Part shown: positions 57,092 to 64,000 of the stretch, one piece after another
How the letters are laid out: every line of letters begins with the position of its first letter
How positions within the stretch are numbered: position 1 is the stretch's first letter
Source: Candidatus Parcubacteria bacterium
Lineage (GTDB): Bacteria > Patescibacteriota > Patescibacteriia > CAIXNZ01
Assembly (NCBI GenBank): GCA_026395685.1
Contig: JAPLYG010000008.1
Location: 15,225 to 79,224 of the forward strand
Reading direction: 5' to 3'
Length of the DNA stretch: 64,000 nt
Notes under the pieces: generated by a model
Seen by the model: only the letters and a program-made list of their open reading frames with translations
Database searches by the model: none
Told to the model about the DNA's origin: nothing
Translations under genes and position numbers: made by a program

Positions 57092-58855
57092 CTATAAACA
57101 CTGACCTTTTACCGCAGAAATATTAATACATTGTTTGCATGTGGCGATACATTCTCTGTAGCTATAGCATGACGGGCTAATAGAATTACCATCTAAACAT
57201 CGATATCCGTCGCAACTATCAGTCGCATAAGTATATGGATCCGAACGACCAGCGTCCGGCCAAACCATATTTATGCCTGTACATTTAACTACGCAGGCTC
57301 CGTCATTACAGCCATTGGGGCATAAGAATCTTTGAGTGTTTTTTGTATAGTCTGTTTGGCTATTACATACAGTTTCAATTAAAGCAGTATTATCACAACT
57401 ATCATATTGCTCCAAAACATCAGGATTATTGGCATATATTATAGTTCCTTTTAAATAATAATCTATCCCGCCATCAGTATCTCGGCAGGTACTCACCTTC
57501 ACTGACGGCGTTTCTGGTACAACAGTTACAGGAGAATCTTCGGGAGTGACAATCAGAGACGGGGTTTTAGGAGTGATTGTCACAGGTTGCGTTTCGAGTT
57601 TACCCGGTCCATTCGGGTTATAGCCTTTCTCAATTTCTTCTTTATCTGGGTAACCGTCGCCGTCAGTATCAGGCTTTAAAGGATCAGTTCCATAAGTAGC
57701 TTCATAAGCATCTGGCAGTCCGTCAAGATCAGAATCCAGCATTGTTGAGTTGCCTTGCATCAAGCTCATGACTTTATCAATAACCTCTTTTAGTGTCATT
57801 ACATTTTCCGGTTCGGTAATGTCTATTTTCTGGTTAAAATCGGAAAACTCCTGCGTAAACTCCAAGCTGCCGACTTTCTTTTCAGCAGAATTAATCTCGC
57901 TGATCGCAGTATATTTATATAAAAGCTTATCCTTTTTTCCAATCCACAATTCGCCGGTTAGCCCTGTCACTGTTTTATCAAAATTCTCTGAAAATGTTTC
58001 TATTGCTTTATCAAAATTATCCAACATCTCTTCGGGTAAATTATCCTTAAAAATTGTAACGAATTCGATTAGAAACTTTTTAAACTCCTCTTTATTGAGC
58101 GTATATTTAAAATGGTATGTGTTGACATTATTTACGGCTTCATCCTTCAATTTCTCAACACCAAATAGTTGATATTTATTTATTAATCCTGCGATCTCCT
58201 TCAATTGTTCATCTGTTAGCTTCGTTTCAACTTCACCCTGAGACTTTTCTATTTCTTTAATATAATCTGCATATTGTTTTTCCAGCTCCGCAATATCAAT
58301 TTTAATCCATTGGTTTTCCAGAGAAACCAAATCAGGCGGGAGCATTTGTTTGTAAGCTGCTGGTAATTCCTGCATCCTGAAATAAGGCATTTTATTTACT
58401 ACTTTAACATCAAAAGCATAAGACGTATCAGCCTCGCCCAGGCCTTCGGTTTTGAAAGTTAAGGCCAAGTCAGCTTTCTTATTATTAGCATCCAAATTAT
58501 CTATTTTACCTAAAATATTTGCGTTAAATTTAACCTGATCATAATCAGGCGTAAAATTGAAAAAACCCGTATTAATGCTCCTGTCAGGAGCTAAAATGAT
58601 TATATCGGCATTAATCTTTGTCTGATACGATTTTACTTCTGCCATATTTGCCAACATTTGTTTAACAATATTTTCCGGGCTGTTGATTACCGCATAGTAA
58701 TAATAACCTGCGGAAACAATACCGGCCACGAGCAAGAAAATAACAACCCCCAAGACAATAAATAACACGCCTGACTTTCTTCTTCCATCTTCTGGCATAT
58801 TATAGATGTTTTGCGGATAATTATTTTGGCCAAAATTTGAATTTTGTTCGTTCAT
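57092..58855 (-). CDS. membrane-anchored extracytoplasmic protein with TSP3-like Asp-rich motif and Cys-rich C-terminal domain
   Basis: N-terminal TM; DSDLDGLPD...DTDGDGYPD; ~20 Cys in last 130 aa. Confidence 0.65.
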   Translation of the reverse strand: MNEQNSNFGQNNYPQNIYNMPEDGRRKSGVLFIVLGVVIFLLVAGIVSAGYYYYAVINSPENIVKQMLANMAEVKSYQTKINADIIILAPDRSINTGFFNFTPDYDQVKFNANILGKIDNLDANNKKADLALTFKTEGLGEADTSYAFDVKVVNKMPYFRMQELPAAYKQMLPPDLVSLENQWIKIDIAELEKQYADYIKEIEKSQGEVETKLTDEQLKEIAGLINKYQLFGVEKLKDEAVNNVNTYHFKYTLNKEEFKKFLIEFVTIFKDNLPEEMLDNFDKAIETFSENFDKTVTGLTGELWIGKKDKLLYKYTAISEINSAEKKVGSLEFTQEFSDFNQKIDITEPENVMTLKEVIDKVMSLMQGNSTMLDSDLDGLPDAYEATYGTDPLKPDTDGDGYPDKEEIEKGYNPNGPGKLETQPVTITPKTPSLIVTPEDSPVTVVPETPSVKVSTCRDTDGGIDYYLKGTIIYANNPDVLEQYDSCDNTALIETVCNSQTDYTKNTQRFLCPNGCNDGACVVKCTGINMVWPDAGRSDPYTYATDSCDGYRCLDGNSISPSCYSYRECIATCKQCINISAVKGQCL

Positions 58856-58971
58856 ATGATAAATTTCATAATTAATTTAACTCTTAGAAGGATTATACTA
58901 CTATTCTTGACTAAAATCCACTATTTTGCTATTATTAAATCAGTTCGAAAGAACTATTTTTATTTTAATCT

Positions 58972-59047
58972 GGGCCGGTAGCTCACCTGGTAGAGCGCCT
59001 CGTTTGCACCGAGGAGGTAGCGGGTTCGAGTCCTGTCCGGTCCACCA
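58972..59047 (+). tRNA. tRNA-Ala (anticodon TGC), CCA encoded
   Basis: Cloverleaf: acceptor GGGCCGG/CCGGTCC with G3-U70, anticodon loop TTTGCAC, T-arm GGGTTCGAGTCC, 3' CCA. Confidence 0.9.
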
Positions 59048-59054
59048 TCATTAG

Positions 59055-59080
59055 TTCCACCGAAGAGGTGGAATTTTTGT
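59055..59080 (+). terminator. terminator hairpin after tRNA-Ala
   Basis: TTCCACC-GAAGA-GGTGGAA + T5. Confidence 0.6.
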
Positions 59081-59326
59081 TTTGGGCGGGATGTGCTTGT
59101 TTGATGTGTTTGTTAGCGGTTTTGTTGATGGTGATGCGGTTCGAACTTTGGGTAGACCATTTGGCTGATTTTGGCGAATTGTAGAAATTTTGTGGCTTAG
59201 ATTAGGGGCAAAAGACCTTTTGGTTCGTGGTTCGAACGTTAAGAATGATGAAAATTGTTACTCGTCATTTTAAACCCAAAATATCCTATTTTGGGATAAT
59301 CCTATAATGGAATATATACTTTTTAT

Positions 59327-59545
59327 ATGAACAAATCTATTTATTCCAATGAATACAAAGGAATCATAGAGCGACTAAAAGCCGCTCGTATTGAAGCTGG
59401 ATTTTCTCAACAGGATGTGGCTAAGGAGCTTGGTAAGCCACAGTCTTATGTGTCGAAAATTGAATCTGGTGAAAGACGTCTCGATGTAGCTGAAATGAAG
59501 AAACTTGCCGTGATTTACAAAAAGGAGATTTCTTTCTTTATATAA
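59327..59545 (+). CDS. XRE-family HTH transcriptional regulator (controller C-protein-like)
   Basis: GFSQQDVAKELGKPQSYVSKIESGERRLDV HTH_XRE signature; directly precedes putative endonuclease. Confidence 0.7.
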   Translation: MNKSIYSNEYKGIIERLKAARIEAGFSQQDVAKELGKPQSYVSKIESGERRLDVAEMKKLAVIYKKEISFFI

Positions 59546-59549
59546 CAAT

Positions 59550-60245
59550 ATGGCTAAACAATCACAAAATTTACTTATCAAAACACTAGAACGCGTTGCT
59601 CAGCTGGCAGATAAGGGGCTTGGTCTTTCAGTTGAAGAAGTGCGAGTATTGATTAGTGATATTACAAAAATCACTAAAATTGTTTTGATTGCTGGAGGTT
59701 TTTCAGAACGTGATGTAACAAGGTTGACTACAAAATTGCGTGATGCGGGTCGACGCTCCCCTCCATGGACACCATATTCCGGTAGAGTACCGGGGAGACC
59801 TCAAGATGGTGCTGATGGAAATCGGCGCTTACGTTGGCTGTTTACAGAGGATCACAAATTTTATGCTGATGAAATTAATGCGACCCTTGTAGAGGTGAAG
59901 TATTATCTTCAGGTTTTATCAATGACGAATGCACCTTTACTGCCAGAAAATACTATTCAGGATAAATTCACATGGCTTGTAAAACATAGAATTATTCCTG
60001 GTGAATATAAAGATCCTATTCAATTAGTGCCCATCGATTTGCGATCCATTCTCTCTGATCTTAGAATTTTGCATTCTGGGCATTTGGTTCCTCTTGATAG
60101 AGGTGGTAGACATGAGCCTAAAAATACGTTCTTGGTTTTGGCCAGAAGCAATCAATTACAAGGTAATTTAACACTCGCTGAATTGCTTGTATTAATGAAC
60201 CAAATTGTTGAAAAGCACAACCGAGGGGAAGGCGATATTATATAG
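59550..60245 (+). CDS. putative HNH-family restriction endonuclease
   Basis: SGHLVPLDRGGRHEPKNTFLVLARSNQLQGN matches HNH (H...N...N) nuclease motif; R-M context. Confidence 0.5.
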   Translation: MAKQSQNLLIKTLERVAQLADKGLGLSVEEVRVLISDITKITKIVLIAGGFSERDVTRLTTKLRDAGRRSPPWTPYSGRVPGRPQDGADGNRRLRWLFTEDHKFYADEINATLVEVKYYLQVLSMTNAPLLPENTIQDKFTWLVKHRIIPGEYKDPIQLVPIDLRSILSDLRILHSGHLVPLDRGGRHEPKNTFLVLARSNQLQGNLTLAELLVLMNQIVEKHNRGEGDII

Positions 60246-62259
60246 CCAGTGTTTTCTCCAGCAATTCAATTCCAAGAGAAAGATTATCTATTGATTTTTG
60301 ACGCTCTTTTTCTCCATTTCTAATTGAGTTAACAATTTGTTCGAAGATTTTTTTATCTTTAGGAACAGGAATTTCTAATTTTCCGATATATTCAGGTGTG
60401 ATCTCATCGATCACAGAACCATAAACGCCACGGGCTATTATTTCTTGGGCGTATTTTGTTTTTAAAAAAGCAAATAGATACTCTGGGGCTAATTTATTTT
60501 TATCAGGCACTATTCTTATTACATGTTCAGAAAAAGCAAAACCATCCCATGCGATTGGAACGGTGGAAACAATGCCAACCGACCCGCTTCTTGTAATTAG
60601 TATCCAACCTTCTTTTACCTTTAATTCATCGACTTTGGGGCTATTTATTCCAATTCGTTTTTCTGTCCTTAATAATAACTGCGATATGTTTGTACCACCT
60701 AAAAAAGGGATTGAATCCACATCATTATTTACATAGTTCCGAGCAAACCTGCCAGGATAAAATATCTTACCGACAACATCTTTTACTTTAATATAATCCC
60801 AATCTTCATTTTTTTTATTATTACTAAAATGTTCCTGATTTATTTTATGAGATCGATAAAATCTGGCATCTAAACGTAAGTGTTGTTCATTCGCAATTTT
60901 TTCTGGGGTAATTACGAAACTTATCGATGAATTTTGTTCAATTTCTTCACCAGCTAAAAATGCAGAAAAATCTTTTTCAATAGTTGGAAAGTCTGTAAGA
61001 ATTTGATCGGTCGTAGAGCCGTCCTCAGCTTTTTTGTAAGTGGGATTTCCTCGTCGATCGTGTCCAATCCATTTTGGGGTAGACATGAATATTTTGCCAT
61101 CTTTGGATAAATCTACACTATCTAGAGCTTTTTCTCTTCTTTTTAGTACAAGTAGACTTGCCTTTGTCCCCGTGTGTGGCTGAAAAGTTTCTGGAGGCAG
61201 ATCAATTACCGCTAAAATCTCAGCGTGTTTCAATATCCACTGTCTTACAAACAATGTTTGTGGTCCAGACACGATTTGATATGGCACTACTATAGCAAGC
61301 CGCCCTGTTCCTGGTCTCAGTAATTTAATATTCTGTTCGATAAAGAGAATGTCTGGTGCTCTTTGGATAATTCTTGATTCTTCACCAAAAAGACCTTCTC
61401 TTGTATAGGTTTTTGCGAGTTCGTAACCCCCAAGAATTTCCGCATCTTTTATTGTTATTTTTGTGCCAAATGGTGGATTAGTCGCTAAACACAAATGAGA
61501 GTTATATTTTATATTATTGTTTGAGCCAAACACACTTTGGAGTATGGAATCACCACGATTAACTAAAGTAGATTTCGGCAATCCAAGCTGGAAAGCTATT
61601 GTTGAATTTGCTATATCAGCAAGCTCTTTATCAATTTCTTGCCCTAACAATGCTTTGCCTGCGATCTTGCGGGCTTTTTCTTCATTACCGTTAGCTAATT
61701 CCTTAATATGTTTTAATGCGGCAATTAAAAATCCGCCTGTTCCAGCACATATATCAATAAAATCATCTCCGTTTAAGGGATTAAATTGAAGCAATTTAAT
61801 CGCAAGTTGTGTAACTTTTTGATCTGTAAAAAATTGTCCTCCATTGGATTTCGCCCAATGAGATCTAAAAATTTCCATCGCGTCACCAAATACATCTCTT
61901 TGTGTTGTTGTGATTTGTATGTCGCATAATTTCCCACAAACAAATGCAATATTTGAATCCGTTAAATTAATATCATTTTCTGACTCATAAAATCTGGAAA
62001 GATCATTTGCATTTTTAAAACTTTGACGAATTAAAATTGCCACTTGTTTAATTATGTCTTTATCGTTTTCAAATTTGTTCTCCTTCAGTAATAAAAATAT
62101 TGCAGGCTTTTGCTTCTCATGTTCTTCAATATATGCCAATGATCGTAAAATTTTACCAACCTCTTTTGCTATAGCAGTTGGTATTCTAACGGGAGAATTT
62201 GCATATAAGTGATCGTATATTTGGTTGATCCTTGATTCGAGGTGAATGATTTTATCCAT
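60238..62259 (-). CDS. N6-adenine DNA methyltransferase fused to type-I HsdS-like target-recognition domain
   Basis: DICAGTGGFL (motif I), NPPFG (motif IV); C-terminal ~250 aa resembles an HsdS half (TRD). Confidence 0.8.
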   Translation of the reverse strand: MDKIIHLESRINQIYDHLYANSPVRIPTAIAKEVGKILRSLAYIEEHEKQKPAIFLLLKENKFENDKDIIKQVAILIRQSFKNANDLSRFYESENDINLTDSNIAFVCGKLCDIQITTTQRDVFGDAMEIFRSHWAKSNGGQFFTDQKVTQLAIKLLQFNPLNGDDFIDICAGTGGFLIAALKHIKELANGNEEKARKIAGKALLGQEIDKELADIANSTIAFQLGLPKSTLVNRGDSILQSVFGSNNNIKYNSHLCLATNPPFGTKITIKDAEILGGYELAKTYTREGLFGEESRIIQRAPDILFIEQNIKLLRPGTGRLAIVVPYQIVSGPQTLFVRQWILKHAEILAVIDLPPETFQPHTGTKASLLVLKRREKALDSVDLSKDGKIFMSTPKWIGHDRRGNPTYKKAEDGSTTDQILTDFPTIEKDFSAFLAGEEIEQNSSISFVITPEKIANEQHLRLDARFYRSHKINQEHFSNNKKNEDWDYIKVKDVVGKIFYPGRFARNYVNNDVDSIPFLGGTNISQLLLRTEKRIGINSPKVDELKVKEGWILITRSGSVGIVSTVPIAWDGFAFSEHVIRIVPDKNKLAPEYLFAFLKTKYAQEIIARGVYGSVIDEITPEYIGKLEIPVPKDKKIFEQIVNSIRNGEKERQKSIDNLSLGIELLEKTLAI

Positions 62260-62347
62260 AAATATATATTTGAATTGATTACTACTTGAAGTATAGCAGG
62301 CAAATTATGCGCAATGCAAATTTTGCATAAAAGTAAATGTGGACAAG

Positions 62348-62581
62348 TCACTTATTAACTTTATTACATGAATTAATTTGAGAATTCACCTCCTCCACAA
62401 ACTCCTCCACCATAGCCGTATTATCCTTCAGCCAGATATACCAAAACAAGAATAATTCCTCAGAAAGTCGCCAATGCACCCTAAGCCACACCTCCATCTC
62501 CGAGTCCAAAATGCTTGAAATTTGTTTAGAATCAGCCATTTCTTCCTCCGGCTGATGTGCTAAATATTCATCGACTGTCAT
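62348..62581 (-). CDS. small hypothetical protein (start at MTVDEY)
   Basis: ORF-track N-extension reads through a structured GC-rich region; weak start signals. Confidence 0.3.
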   Translation of the reverse strand: MTVDEYLAHQPEEEMADSKQISSILDSEMEVWLRVHWRLSEELFLFWYIWLKDNTAMVEEFVEEVNSQINSCNKVNK

Positions 62582-62777
62582 CCTTTTCTTTACCAACGCT
62601 TTGGTTTCCGGTTCGAATCGCGTTAATGACCCCCCACTGCACGAACGAGCCACTATAGTGGTTCGTTTTAGTTTCATAAAAATACAAACGATGCTTCATC
62701 CCGCCCCGCACTTGCGAAGCATAGTGCGGGGTCCGGTCCACTGCAAGAACGTTCCATGAAAGTGGGGCGTTTTTAGT

Positions 62778-64000
62778 TCAAATCAATTTTTCCTGCTCAA
62801 AACCCTTCCTTTCCTTGGGACTGAATATCTTAACAGTACCAAAAATCCCATCATAACCAGGCTCAATGAATAATTTACCTTCCCGCACCCGCATAATTCC
62901 TTCAACAATTATAGGTTCAGCTATTTTGATTAATTCCTCACGGCTTAAATCTAATAAAACTTTAAATTCTGAACCGCCTTTTTTGATAATATTAAAATAT
63001 TCTGCCTGGACTCTTTTTGAACCCTTGCCCACATCAAATGCCTCGGCAATAATTTCCTGCAAAGGCACAATGCTTTTATACGGGATATGATTATCTAATT
63101 CACCTTTATCACGATCAGCAATCTCAGCCACGCGATTTAACACACCGATGGTCATAGTTTTTTTACACACCGGACATAAGCCTTTATTCTTTTTTGTCTC
63201 ACTTGGATCCATTACTACTTTACAACTCGCATGACCGTCTAAATGATACTTGCCTTCCTCGGGAAAAAATTCAATTGTCGACAAAAACTTTTTCTTATCC
63301 TGATTTTTTAAAGTATTATAAAATTCATCATAACTTGGGCTCTCCCAATCAAACACATTGGCTTCTCTGCCAAGGTTGGCCAAGGAATGGGCATCGGAAT
63401 TTGAGACCAAAACAACTTTATCCAAAGCTGATAAGCGCCAATTCATAGGAGGATCGCTGGATAAGCCGGTTTCAATGGCAAAAATATTTTTGGCATATTC
63501 GCCAAAACACTCTTCAATAGAATCAAAGCCTGATTTGGAGCCGAAAATGGAAAACCAGGGAGTCCAGGCATGCGCCGGGATAATTATTGCCTTAGGATTT
63601 ATTTCTAAACTGATGCGAGCTAAATCCTTGGCAGATAAACCAATTATCGGCCGACCGTCTGATTTTAAATTACAGCCCATTTTCTCCAAAGTAGAATTAA
63701 AAGCCTCAACATCCTTAATCTCCGGAAAAAAGATATTTACATGAATACGACGGCATTTGTCGCCTTGTTTATAGATGCACGAAATCTCTGTCCCCAGAAT
63801 AAATCTTATATCCCGTTCATCCGAAGAAGCGATTTGCAAATCGCTTCTTCGGATGGAGGAATTTCCTTTTTTTAATGTAAAAAGACCATTACCCAATGGT
63901 TCCAACTGTTCTTTTATATGGCTAAACCAGGCCGGATGAGTAAAATCCCCAGTTGCCACTAAATCAATCCCCTTGTATCCGCACCATTCAGCAATTTTTG
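62778..64000 (-). CDS. PHP-domain / endonuclease-Q-like protein (TIGR00375-like), 5' end beyond window
   Basis: Frame stays open to window edge (..GIDLVATGDFTHPAW); C-terminal CPVC zinc-finger-like motif; family assignment from memory, moderate certainty. Confidence 0.5.
   Translation of the reverse strand, partial: KIAEWCGYKGIDLVATGDFTHPAWFSHIKEQLEPLGNGLFTLKKGNSSIRRSDLQIASSDERDIRFILGTEISCIYKQGDKCRRIHVNIFFPEIKDVEAFNSTLEKMGCNLKSDGRPIIGLSAKDLARISLEINPKAIIIPAHAWTPWFSIFGSKSGFDSIEECFGEYAKNIFAIETGLSSDPPMNWRLSALDKVVLVSNSDAHSLANLGREANVFDWESPSYDEFYNTLKNQDKKKFLSTIEFFPEEGKYHLDGHASCKVVMDPSETKKNKGLCPVCKKTMTIGVLNRVAEIADRDKGELDNHIPYKSIVPLQEIIAEAFDVGKGSKRVQAEYFNIIKKGGSEFKVLLDLSREELIKIAEPIIVEGIMRVREGKLFIEPGYDGIFGTVKIFSPKERKGFEQEKLI

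Noticed and set aside
62600-62780. tRNA, tmRNA or SRP RNA in the GC-rich structured region
   Set aside because: GGTTCGAATCG resembles a T-loop but no cloverleaf or acceptor pairing can be built; no match to SRP domain IV or tmRNA termini

Overview
This 64-kb window has roughly 38% GC and compact, mostly SD-less housekeeping genes. Its gene content fits a small-genome Gram-positive-like bacterium, possibly CPR/Patescibacteria (inference). Recognisable genes are queA, cca, rluD-like, archaeal-type cmk, rplS, uvrA, a porGDAB pyruvate:ferredoxin oxidoreductase operon, dsbA-like, secG, a family-5 solute-binding protein, RNase J, rnpB (RNase P RNA, with insertions), a surface-polysaccharide cluster (sugar-P transferase, three GT4 genes, DUF4012 and a large repeat-domain protein), FemAB, ruvA, a U32 peptidase, pepA, ileS, DUF4349 and tRNA-Ala. 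The most unusual feature is a ~6.9-kb block between rnj and rnpB. Its five genes are strongly GC-rich (GC3 up to ~85%) and encode a Pro-rich membrane protein, two MKKFF-signal-peptide secreted proteins and two paralogous thrombospondin-type-3-like Ca-binding secreted proteins. All five sit behind near-identical host-like promoters (TTGACA-N17-TGCTAATAT). They share ~100-nt leaders and small YTCCC/GGGAR hairpins that abut the SD. The paralogs also share conserved extreme C-terminal tails (TQxIDP-COOH and DRTRH-COOH). Two tandem giant paralogous genes (1352 and 1427 aa) carry arrays of ~38-aa helical repeats plus a C-terminal CCM-motif/GNAT-like domain. A C-protein/HNH-endonuclease/MTase-TRD restriction-modification cassette follows tRNA-Ala. 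The window also holds several families of small dispersed repeats and GC-rich hairpin elements, one of them inserted in-frame in queA. A small subset of SD-led, GC-elevated ORFs occupies intergenic gaps.
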